Shown: in pieces, positions 18,384-26,167 of the stretch
Numbering within the stretch: the stretch's first letter is position 1
Layout: each line of letters opens with the position of its first letter
Assembly: GCA_951813325.1 (NCBI GenBank)
Contig: OX638350.1
Coordinates: 853,029-917,028, forward strand
Direction of reading: 5' to 3'
DNA: 64,000 nucleotides
DNA from: an uncultured Acidimicrobiales bacterium
GTDB lineage: Bacteria; Actinomycetota; Acidimicrobiia; Acidimicrobiales; Bin134
Program-made: the position numbers and the translations under genes
Notes under the pieces: generated by a model
Told to the model about the DNA's origin: nothing
Database searches by the model: none
Seen by the model: only the letters and a program-made list of their open reading frames with translations

Positions 18384-19419
18384 AGGTGCTCGCCACCTCC
18401 CGGAGAGAGGAAACGTCCAGTCCCCGGTCGTGGCACCACCACCAGGCATGGCTGCGACAGGCGGCGTCGATCAGGTCGTAAGCGTCCGTGGCTTGCCTCA
18501 GGTGGTGGACGGAGAGAAACGCCTCGGTGTGGGCATAGACGATCACACCGAGGTCCCAGCGGTTTTGATCGGCGCTGGCCCACTCCCAGGCATGGGCATA
18601 GGTCGCTGTTGCGAGTCCTCTGGCTGCTGGAATGACAGTGTCGTTCCAGTCTCGTAGAGCCGCAGCCACCTGGTCGGTTTCCGCGACGGTCGGATCAGGC
18701 AGGTTCGGATTGTCACTGGCGGTGAGGTAGGCGTGCAGTTTGGCGGTGTATTGATCCTCACTCAATGGCGCGGTCTCAAGGGCCTCGTTCAAAGTGCGCC
18801 GGGCCGAGGCCAAGGCCGGGGGAGCGTCAGGAGGCGGCCATACCACTGGGACCGGAGCAGCATGGGCCAATCCCAGACCAAGTGAGCTGTAGGCGGAGGC
18901 ATGATGGGCGAATTCCATCACTGCATGGCTGGCGTAATGCAGACCTGAGGGCCAAGGGGGTCCGTCCTTGCAGGCTTCCGACAGTCGAATGCTGTGATCG
19001 TACAAAATTTGGTCTGGTGCTTCTGGAATATCGGGGTCGTTGGCGCATTCGTCAAGGGCCATGTCCCACAAGACTGGATATGCACTGCGACACAGCTCGT
19101 CGTACTCAGAGGAGACTGACAATCTGCCGACCATCTCCCCCAGCAACTCTCCGGCCAAGGCCACGCTGTGCTCACCGCCAGTCGGTTCTGCATCAAGGAG
19201 GCGGACCGCCTTCGGGTCGAAAATCGGAGGACGGCAGCTAGACGCTTGGGCAGACAGTGCCAGCATCTTGTCGCTGGCGAAGGCAACCTTGTCGAACCAC
19301 CCTGTTTGGCTGTAGTCGGCAAATGAAGCCGAGGCGGCTTCCTTCGCGGTCTCTACCAACCATCTGGGCCGAGTTGGCGAGTCAAATGTCGGGAGTATTC
19401 TCGGTGCGGTCCTATCCAT
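18379..19419 (-). CDS. Hypothetical protein, 346 aa, no recognisable domain (orphan next to the R-M pair)
   Basis: Clean ORF with the mixed, A/T-richer codon usage of the island and GGTGGGGG just upstream of the ATG. Predicted soluble and Trp/His-rich (…HAWWWCHDRG…). I see no P-loop, nuclease or HTH motif. Confidence 0.7.
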   Translation of the reverse strand: MDRTAPRILPTFDSPTRPRWLVETAKEAASASFADYSQTGWFDKVAFASDKMLALSAQASSCRPPIFDPKAVRLLDAEPTGGEHSVALAGELLGEMVGRLSVSSEYDELCRSAYPVLWDMALDECANDPDIPEAPDQILYDHSIRLSEACKDGPPWPSGLHYASHAVMEFAHHASAYSSLGLGLAHAAPVPVVWPPPDAPPALASARRTLNEALETAPLSEDQYTAKLHAYLTASDNPNLPDPTVAETDQVAAALRDWNDTVIPAARGLATATYAHAWEWASADQNRWDLGVIVYAHTEAFLSVHHLRQATDAYDLIDAACRSHAWWWCHDRGLDVSSLREVASTW

Positions 19420-19452
19420 GCCCCCACCCTAAGCAGAGGGTGTGACAGTTTC

Positions 19453-19469
19453 GGCTGAGGCGGCCTCAG
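19453..19469 (-). terminator. Candidate hairpin between the nuclease gene and the orphan gene
   Basis: GCTGAGG-CGG-CCTCAGC (7-bp stem, 3-nt loop) about 17 nt after the nuclease stop on the minus strand. No U-tract, so its function is uncertain. Confidence 0.3.
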
Positions 19470-19485
19470 CTGCTACTCCACCGCC

Positions 19486-20376
19486 TCAGAGGGGTCGGAG
19501 CCGTGACCGCAAGGCAGCCTCAAAGTCTTCACGGCTAATGGTCTTGGCGGCTTGGAGGCGTCTGTTGGAGTCTTCCAGGGTGAGCACTTCCCAGTGGTCT
19601 CGCGCTAGCCGCCATGTGCCTGCGGCCGCGCGTTCTAGACGGGTTACGAGCCAGATGATGTCACCTTCGTTGAGGTCGTGACTGGGTTGGCCACTGGTGC
19701 CGCCGACGGCGTTGAAGAATGGGCGGTCGACCGCGACGGCGAGCTTGGCACCCCAGCGACGGAGTGTTGGTGCCTTTATTTCGAGTTGCGGCATCAGACG
19801 CTTGGCGCTTGATGACCGCCAGTCGGGGCGGCGAACCTCCGATGGGTAGGGAGGTGGTTCATGGGTATCGTCTCGCAACGCCTCGAAATCGCTGGCCATC
19901 CCCTTCCCGGAGAAATAGACGGCCTGGATCTCCAGTCCATGCCATCTCAAATCTTCGCCCTGCACATGGGCGACGATCATGTCGATCTTGCCGGCGGGTT
20001 TGTCCGTCTCCGTACTCTGCATGAATGGGACTTCGCCAGCCACTTGGGTCTCTCCAAGGGGAAAACTAGCGACTTCAGCTAGCCACTTGTTTACGAGGCT
20101 CTCCTCCTCGAAGCGGCGCGGACAGTTCACGACTGGTTCGTCCACCGACACGCCAAGGCGATGGCTTTCGTTTTCCGCGAAACGCTGGATGGAGCAGACG
20201 CCGCCCTTCTTTGAGCATGGTGGATGGTTGGGTTGGAAGGGGCACGCAGGTGGTTCCGTGCCAGCTTCGCCAAGCGCGTGTTTGGCGAAGGCCACTCGTT
20301 GGGCTGCGGTAAGTGATGTGAAGTCCCGCCCGTACCACTCGGCAATCCCGTATCGGGTCTTCAAATCGTCGGGCAT
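19486..20376 (-). CDS. Type II restriction endonuclease, NotI-fold family
   Basis: 296-aa ORF. The N-terminal four-Cys cluster ACPF…PPCSKKGGVCS…VNCPRRF matches the Cys4 metal site of NotI as I recall it. GKIDMIVAHV…WHGLEIQAVYFSG matches the NotI catalytic D…E-x-Q block. Starts 15 nt after the methyltransferase stop. Confidence 0.72.
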   Translation of the reverse strand: MPDDLKTRYGIAEWYGRDFTSLTAAQRVAFAKHALGEAGTEPPACPFQPNHPPCSKKGGVCSIQRFAENESHRLGVSVDEPVVNCPRRFEEESLVNKWLAEVASFPLGETQVAGEVPFMQSTETDKPAGKIDMIVAHVQGEDLRWHGLEIQAVYFSGKGMASDFEALRDDTHEPPPYPSEVRRPDWRSSSAKRLMPQLEIKAPTLRRWGAKLAVAVDRPFFNAVGGTSGQPSHDLNEGDIIWLVTRLERAAAGTWRLARDHWEVLTLEDSNRRLQAAKTISREDFEAALRSRLRPL

Positions 20377-20391
20377 CGGGAGGATCGCTGG

Positions 20392-21471
20392 CTAATTGAA
20401 CACGGCTCGTCGGGTAATGACGAGTTCAGATATCTGAGCGTGGTGGGTGTTTTTCATGACTACTTCAACGGCGTGGAAACCGTACTCTGCAATGAGTTCG
20501 GCGATCTCGGGCGAGCGGTCGTAGGTCATCAGAAAGTCCACCGGGGATTGCGCCAGAATCTTGAAGAGTCGTCGGTGGTCTATCTGGTTGTGGCTGTAGA
20601 GACGCCTTCCGGCTCGCTTGCCGCCAGCAGTGTACGGAGGATCAATGAAGGCAACTGCACCGGGAACCTCGGCAACGACCTCCAGGAGATCTAGCCCGTC
20701 AGCTTCACAAAAGTTGATCTGTGAAGCATGGGCTTCGATGTTCTGCAACCGGTGGATGATGGTGTCGGGATACCAGCGAGATGCAAGACCCTTGTTGTTT
20801 TCCCCCGACTTCGTTAGGGCAGCCCCAGGGGCGAGGATGCCGCCACGTCGGGTTCGGTTGAGGACCAAGGTGCGGAACCCGTGCTCTAGCAGGCCTCGAG
20901 GGGCTTGGTCGGCCAGGGTCGAAACAGAGTCGCGTGTCGGTTCGAACTCGGAGACGAGGTGACACAACTCGGAGTTGTAGCGCAGTGCCGCGTGCCAGAA
21001 CGCAGCCACGTCGTGGTCCAGTTCGGCCATGAAGCACTGTTCGACCAAGCTTTCGCATACCGCGGTGAGAGCAACTATGCCTCCGCCGCAGAATGGCTCA
21101 ATGAGCGCCCTTGGTCTGGGCTGTATGGGTGCAAGCCAAGCCCGTATGTGGGGAATGAGCCAGGTCTTGCCACCTGGGTAACGCAGCGGTGAGCGCTGGG
21201 GCACTGAGGCGACGTTGACCGCAGAGATGGGGGAGACAGGGAAGTCTGGGCCGTAGTCAGGCGCAGTCGATTCGGTCTCGGTTGGCTCCCTTTGCGCCAT
21301 CATGGCGTTCGCGGCCTGGGATGAGTTGACTTTCGCCTTTGCACTGCTAACCAGCATCTCACGAGGGCGATCCTCATCGGTGGACCTTCCAGCAGTCGGG
21401 AGTGCGCTGCCTCGACGCTTTGGTGCCATCGCTGGAATCTGCATTTGATCGATCCTTGGCTTCTTCTTCAT
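20392..21471 (-). CDS. D12-class (Dam-family) N6-adenine DNA methyltransferase
   Basis: LRYPGGKTWLIPHI and EPFCGGG (SAM binding) plus AFIDPPY (catalytic DPPY). The start is uncertain: the track ORF begins at 21582. ATG at 21471 (MKKKPRIDQ…) or a later Met would leave 60-100 aa of basic, low-complexity sequence before the core. Confidence 0.85.
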   Translation of the reverse strand: MKKKPRIDQMQIPAMAPKRRGSALPTAGRSTDEDRPREMLVSSAKAKVNSSQAANAMMAQREPTETESTAPDYGPDFPVSPISAVNVASVPQRSPLRYPGGKTWLIPHIRAWLAPIQPRPRALIEPFCGGGIVALTAVCESLVEQCFMAELDHDVAAFWHAALRYNSELCHLVSEFEPTRDSVSTLADQAPRGLLEHGFRTLVLNRTRRGGILAPGAALTKSGENNKGLASRWYPDTIIHRLQNIEAHASQINFCEADGLDLLEVVAEVPGAVAFIDPPYTAGGKRAGRRLYSHNQIDHRRLFKILAQSPVDFLMTYDRSPEIAELIAEYGFHAVEVVMKNTHHAQISELVITRRAVFN

Positions 21472-21626
21472 CGTCCGAGAATATGGATGGGAATGACAGT
21501 TACAGGTAGGGCCCCTGGCCCCAACCAATTGCTGAGATAGAAGCGCAAGGGTTCGTAGCCTCCGGATATGAAGCGATGGCAACCTGGGTCAGGAAGAATG
21601 CCTGAAGGTGTGGTAGTCAAGCCCGC

Positions 21627-22556
21627 ATGGCCGTGGGACCGTTGCGCTTTTTTCATGTGAATGTGAACTGCTCTGATCTGGAGCAGTCGCTGGGGTTCTA
21701 TCGGGATTTGGTGGGGTTACAGACCACGGTTCACACCCGACCGGAGCTGCCACAGCCGGGCGGGGCGTTCGGGCTGGAGGAAGTGCAGTGGGATGCCTGG
21801 ATCATGGCGGGCGACGACGCTCCCGACGGGGTGGTGCTGGATTTGCTGGAGTGGCAGGTGCCCCGACCGTCAGGGTCGCCATCGGCATCGGTAACCGAGT
21901 TGGGTTTCGGTCGGCTGTGTATCCTCACCGACGACTTGGCCGGTATGCACCGTCGCCTTACCGAGGCCGGGCACGACGTGTGGTCGCCGCCAGCCCGGGT
22001 AAATCTCGGTGCCGAGGGGATGGCCGCACCGGAGCTGTTCCTGTGCTCCGACCCCGACGGGACCGCGGTGCAGTTCGTGCAGGCCGACAGCACCCGCTTG
22101 GCCCATGTCAACGTGAACTGTTCCGACCTAGAGCGGTCCCGCCACTTCTTCTGCGACATCCTGGGGCTGGACGCCCGAATCCGCTCCTGTCCCTCGGCGT
22201 CCCAGCCGGGCGCAGGTTTCCGCGTAGACGGAGACGTGGCCTGGGATGCTTGGTTCATCGGCGCGCCCAACGCCAGCCCCTCCGGGTTCATTCTCGACTT
22301 GGTGGAGTGGAAGCAGCCCCGCCCCACCGGCACCGGCCGACGGCAGGCCAACGAACTGGGCATATTCCGCATGGCCTTGCTCACCTACGACATCGACAGC
22401 GACTATGCCGCTCTAGTTGATGCCGGAGTTACGTGCTATTCCCCGCCAGTGGCGCTGGAGATGGGCTCCGGCCTGCCGTCTGATCTGCGGGCGCTGTTCT
22501 TCGAGGACCCCGACGGCACCTGCGTCGAGCTGATCGAGAGCCCACCGGTCGATTAG
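21627..22556 (+). CDS. Two-domain VOC-family protein (tandem glyoxalase/dioxygenase folds)
   Basis: 309-aa ORF with an internal duplication: FFHVNVNCSDLEQSLGFYRDLVGL… and LAHVNVNCSDLERSRHFFCDILGL…. Confidence 0.82.
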   Translation: MAVGPLRFFHVNVNCSDLEQSLGFYRDLVGLQTTVHTRPELPQPGGAFGLEEVQWDAWIMAGDDAPDGVVLDLLEWQVPRPSGSPSASVTELGFGRLCILTDDLAGMHRRLTEAGHDVWSPPARVNLGAEGMAAPELFLCSDPDGTAVQFVQADSTRLAHVNVNCSDLERSRHFFCDILGLDARIRSCPSASQPGAGFRVDGDVAWDAWFIGAPNASPSGFILDLVEWKQPRPTGTGRRQANELGIFRMALLTYDIDSDYAALVDAGVTCYSPPVALEMGSGLPSDLRALFFEDPDGTCVELIESPPVD

Positions 22557-22566
22557 TGGTTGCCCG

Positions 22567-23415
22567 TCAATCCGGCGTGCAGACTCCTATTACCTCGCCG
22601 TTCACCCAGGCCCAGAAGCCGTCGGGTTGGGCAGCCCATTGGCGGAAGGCAGCGGAGATTTCCCGTAGTTCATCGCGGGTGGCGAATCCGTTGTCGACTG
22701 CGTGTTTGGCGAAATCGCTTTCGATTACCCGCACCGCCCACATCTCGCCCCAAACAGTCCGACCCTCGTGGTCGGTATGGGCGGTGGTGCTGGCGGTGGT
22801 CTCTACATTGGTGAAGCCGGCCTCGGCCACCCACGACAGCAGATAGCGCCCCGCGTCTGCCTCGCCGCCGTTGGCGGAGGCGACCTGGTGGTACAGGTCC
22901 CGCCACCGCTCGATGGCCGGGAACACGGGGGCGTGGATCATGGTTTCGTAATCGGAGTCCCGCACCGCCACGATTCCGCCCGGCCGCAGTACTCGCTGGG
23001 CCTCCTTCAAGGCCCGCACCGGATCGGAGAGGTGCTGGAGCACCTGATGGGCGTACACCACGTCGAAGCTGTTGTCGTCCCACGGCAGGTCGTAAACCGA
23101 GCCCACCTCGAACGATGCGTTGGACAGACGGCAGTCGTCAGCGTGGGCCCGGGCTGCGTCCACCACCTCAGCCGACATGTCCAAACCCACCACGCGGCCA
23201 GCGCGGCGGGCCAGGCCAGTGGTGATGGTGCCCGAGCCGCAACCGATGTCGAGCACCTCGGCATCAGGCCGCAGTCGAGGCAGCAAGAAGCCAGCGCATG
23301 CCTCGGCAGTGCGCCGTGAGTGCCACTCCACGATCACTTGGTGGTAGCCGTGGGTGTAGCGCTCTCCGCCGGAACAGGCAGTGTCTGTGTCTGAGATTGG
23401 CCGGCTGTCCGTCAT
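22567..23415 (-). CDS. Class I SAM-dependent methyltransferase (UbiE/COQ5-like)
   Basis: SAM motif VLDIGCGSGTIT. ATG at 23415 forms an ATGA overlap with the vapC stop. The track's GTG start at 23427 is the alternative. Confidence 0.85.
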   Translation of the reverse strand: MTDSRPISDTDTACSGGERYTHGYHQVIVEWHSRRTAEACAGFLLPRLRPDAEVLDIGCGSGTITTGLARRAGRVVGLDMSAEVVDAARAHADDCRLSNASFEVGSVYDLPWDDNSFDVVYAHQVLQHLSDPVRALKEAQRVLRPGGIVAVRDSDYETMIHAPVFPAIERWRDLYHQVASANGGEADAGRYLLSWVAEAGFTNVETTASTTAHTDHEGRTVWGEMWAVRVIESDFAKHAVDNGFATRDELREISAAFRQWAAQPDGFWAWVNGEVIGVCTPD

Positions 23416-23837
23416 GCCTGCGTGCACGGGTTCAAGACCTGAAGGCTGTCGAAGCGCTCGAAGTCGCTGGAGTTGCGAGTGACGATGGCCATTCCGTTGG
23501 CCATGGCCGTTGCCGCAATCAGCGCATCGTTGACGGGAGCAGGGTTGGGGACATGAAGTGCCGCGGCCAGACGGGCGACCGTGGCGTCGATGGGCAGGAT
23601 CCGCTGCTCGAATGCGCCGTATACGTCGTTGTCGAGCCAGTTTCTCAGCGTTAACCCTGCGGCTGGATCACGGCGCTCGGCCAAAAGCACACCGTGCTCC
23701 AATTCTTGAATGGTGATAGCCGAGATGTATGTGAGACCGGTTGCTACCCGGCGGGCCCAAGCCGCAACCCCTGGATCGGCTTTTCCGGTGTTGATCTTGC
23801 GAATTTCGGAGACGAAGTTCGTGTCGAGCACGTACAT
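23412..23837 (-). CDS. vapC: PIN-domain ribonuclease toxin VapC
   Basis: 141-aa ORF starting MYVLDTNFVSE and ending …ALIAATAMANGMAIVTRNSSDF. Its start overlaps the antitoxin stop by 1 nt (TGATG). Confidence 0.88.
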   Translation of the reverse strand: MYVLDTNFVSEIRKINTGKADPGVAAWARRVATGLTYISAITIQELEHGVLLAERRDPAAGLTLRNWLDNDVYGAFEQRILPIDATVARLAAALHVPNPAPVNDALIAATAMANGMAIVTRNSSDFERFDSLQVLNPCTQA

Positions 23838-24079
23838 CAGTCGAAGATGGCGGGCTTGCCCGAATCGTCAAGCTTGGGAATCTCCAATTCGATGTCGCCT
23901 ACTCCGGGGGTGAGGCTCAACAAGTCGACGAGGCTTGGCTGATCGTCGAGAAGCTGCTGGTAGTGGTCGTAGCTCATAAGCACGAAGGCAGGTCGTCCTC
24001 GGTCAGTAATGTAAACCGGTCCGCTGCATGCCGCTCTCTTGGCATTCCCCGTGCCCTGGTTGAACTCTCGACTGCTCAT
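23837..24079 (-). CDS. Phd/YefM-family antitoxin
   Basis: MSSREFNQGTGNAKRAACSGPVYITDRGRPAFVLMSYDHYQQL. GGAGG sits just upstream of the 24100 start, so either start (24079 or 24100) is possible. Confidence 0.82.
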   Translation of the reverse strand: MSSREFNQGTGNAKRAACSGPVYITDRGRPAFVLMSYDHYQQLLDDQPSLVDLLSLTPGVGDIELEIPKLDDSGKPAIFD

Positions 24080-24119
24080 ACTGGTTGCAGCGGGGGGCAT
24101 CAGCCGGACCTCCTTATTT

Positions 24120-24132
24120 GTAACAACGTTAC
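24120..24132. promoter_or_regulatory. Candidate antitoxin operator palindrome
   Basis: GTAAC-AAC-GTTAC in an A/T-rich stretch immediately upstream of the phd-vapC ribosome-binding site. Confidence 0.35.
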
Positions 24133-24172
24133 TACATCATAGCCTGCCAAGTACCAGGCTGGTTGCCTTGGT

Positions 24173-25399
24173 TTAGCCAGCGGATTCCGGGGTCAAGAAG
24201 GCGTCGAGGCGGTCGGGTCCGTTGGCCCAGAATACCGGGGTCTTCTTGCGGACGCAGCCGGGAGCCAGCTCAGCGGTCGCCACTCGGTCCAAGAACACCT
24301 CCAGCGCCACCCGGCCCTCGAGGCGGGCCAGGCTGGCTCCCGGACAGATGTGGGGGCCACCGCCGAAGGCGATGTGGTCTTTGGGGCGGTCCCGATCGAG
24401 CCGGAACGCGTCGGGGTCTTCGAAATAGTCCTCGTCCCGGTTGGCCGACGAGACGCCGAACACGATCTTGTCGCCAGCCTGCATAGGAGCACCGAACACG
24501 TCGGTGTCGGCGGTGCAGTCCCGGATGAGCATGTGGGCCGGAGAGTCGATCCGCAACGATTCCTCCACTGCCCGTTCGCTCAGACCCGGGTCGGCCTTGA
24601 GGGAGGCGAAGAGCTCGGGGTCGCCGATGATGCGCCACAGCAGGTTGCCGATCAGATGCCGGGTGGTCTCGTTGCCCGACATGATGAGGAAAGCCAGCTG
24701 GGTGCGGATCTCCACGTCGGTGAGCCGGTGGCCCTCGATCTCGGTGGTAATCAGCCGGGTGACCAGATCGTCGGGGGCCTCCTCGCTGGCCCTTCGCTCG
24801 GCGATCAGGGCGTCGATGTAGGCGCAGAACTCGGGATGGGCCCCGACCAGGCCCTCGCCCCGCTCGTTGCGGTTGGTGCGGGGGTAGTCGCCTAGCACCA
24901 CCTCGTCGGTCCAGGCGTGGAACTGCTCCCAGTCCTCGGCGGGCACCCCGATGAGGTGGGAGATCACGTTAATGGGCACTGGGGTGATGAATTCGGCCAC
25001 CAACTCGCCGTGGCCCCGCTCCAAGATCGGGTCGAGATATTGGTGGCACAGATCCCGCACGAATGGCTCGGCCCGCATCGACTTGTGATGGGCCACTGTG
25101 GCGTTGATGATCCGCCGCACTTTGCCGTGGCGTGGTTCGGGGATCTCGCTGATGAGCTTCTCCTCCTCGGGCACCACCACGCCGGGATCGCGGAAGCTGG
25201 ACACGAAGGTCTCCACGTCTCTGGTGGCGGCCAGCACGTGGTCGAACTTGGTCAGATACCACCCGGTGGGGGTGCGGGCCACCGGGCATTCGGACCGCAG
25301 CTCGGTCAGGGTGTCGTGGGGGACTTCTTCGGGATAGGCGAAGGGGTCGAACGCGTTTTCCTCTTCGGTGTCGGGGAGCGGATCGGACGTCAAGCTCAT
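24173..25399 (-). CDS. Cytochrome P450
   Basis: 408-aa ORF with heme-thiolate loop FGGGPHICPGASLA, the ExxR block (ESLR) and I-helix-like FLIMSGNETT. Confidence 0.93.
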   Translation of the reverse strand: MSLTSDPLPDTEEENAFDPFAYPEEVPHDTLTELRSECPVARTPTGWYLTKFDHVLAATRDVETFVSSFRDPGVVVPEEEKLISEIPEPRHGKVRRIINATVAHHKSMRAEPFVRDLCHQYLDPILERGHGELVAEFITPVPINVISHLIGVPAEDWEQFHAWTDEVVLGDYPRTNRNERGEGLVGAHPEFCAYIDALIAERRASEEAPDDLVTRLITTEIEGHRLTDVEIRTQLAFLIMSGNETTRHLIGNLLWRIIGDPELFASLKADPGLSERAVEESLRIDSPAHMLIRDCTADTDVFGAPMQAGDKIVFGVSSANRDEDYFEDPDAFRLDRDRPKDHIAFGGGPHICPGASLARLEGRVALEVFLDRVATAELAPGCVRKKTPVFWANGPDRLDAFLTPESAG

Positions 25400-25401
25400 G
25401 G

Positions 25402-25417
25402 CCCTATGGTGCCACGT
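25402..25417 (-). promoter_or_regulatory. Shared 16-nt leader motif, copy 1 (ACGTGGCACCATAGGG on the coding strand, 2 nt before the P450 ATG)
   Basis: Plus-strand CCCTATGGTGCCACGT at 25402-25417. Matches 15 of 16 nt with 26121-26136, in the same position relative to the next gene's start codon. Confidence 0.4.
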
Positions 25418-25454
25418 CGCCGTTTGCTGAGGTTGAAGTGTCTGGTCGCTCCGC

Positions 25455-26117
25455 TCACGCGGCGGCGAAAACGGCGATGCGGGTCCACTGGTTGGGGTCG
25501 TCCTCGTCTACGTCGCCGTAGATCGGCCGCAATTTGAATTCAAGCTTCGCGATATGTCCGTCAGACCGCCGCTGCTCGAGCCATTGGTCGAACCCAAACT
25601 TCTCGAAGTGAGCAGAGTTGATCCCCAGCGCGAAACGAGCACCGGGTCTAGCCGCCCGAAGTAGTTCCGAAATCGTCTCCGGTCCGAGGATTCCATGGGT
25701 GAACGCTCCTGAGCTCACGACGCCGACGTAGGCGTTATCGGCCAACTCGGTCCGACCGGTGAGATCGGCTTCGATCAGCTGCCGGTACACAGGGCGGCCA
25801 TGGTGATTCTTGGCCGCGGCTTCGGCCAGCATTTCAGGCGAGATGTCGATGCCGTCGATGACTGACACGCCCAACTTGGCCAGTTCTCCGCCGATCACTC
25901 CGGTCCCGCAGCCCACATCGAGCACAGGTCCGCTGAGCTCAGAGGAGCCGTCGCAGAAGACCTTGACCACCTCCTGGTGGTAGACGTATCCGCTGTCGAC
26001 GATGAAGCCCGACTCGTAGGTGGCAGCCCACGATGCGTACAGCTCGCGGTTGGCCTCCGGCCCCTCGGTCGCATAGGCCTTGTCGAGCCCGAGTTCTGCG
26101 GCCGACTTTCTGCTCAT
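25455..26117 (-). CDS. Class I SAM-dependent methyltransferase
   Basis: 220-aa ORF with SAM motif VLDVGCGTGVIGGEL. Confidence 0.85.
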   Translation of the reverse strand: MSRKSAAELGLDKAYATEGPEANRELYASWAATYESGFIVDSGYVYHQEVVKVFCDGSSELSGPVLDVGCGTGVIGGELAKLGVSVIDGIDISPEMLAEAAAKNHHGRPVYRQLIEADLTGRTELADNAYVGVVSSGAFTHGILGPETISELLRAARPGARFALGINSAHFEKFGFDQWLEQRRSDGHIAKLEFKLRPIYGDVDEDDPNQWTRIAVFAAA

Positions 26118-26120
26118 GAT

Positions 26121-26136
26121 CCCTATGGTGTCACGT
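26121..26136 (-). promoter_or_regulatory. Shared 16-nt leader motif, copy 2 (ACGTGACACCATAGGG, 3 nt before the methyltransferase ATG)
   Basis: Plus-strand CCCTATGGTGTCACGT at 26121-26136. See copy 1. Confidence 0.4.
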
Positions 26137-26167
26137 AAGTGTGTGGTGGGTTCACCTGCTGGTTCGT

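Noticed and set aside
20925-20955. GGTTCGAACTC, resembling a tRNA T-loop
   Set aside because: It lies inside the methyltransferase coding sequence, and the flanks cannot form acceptor or anticodon stems.
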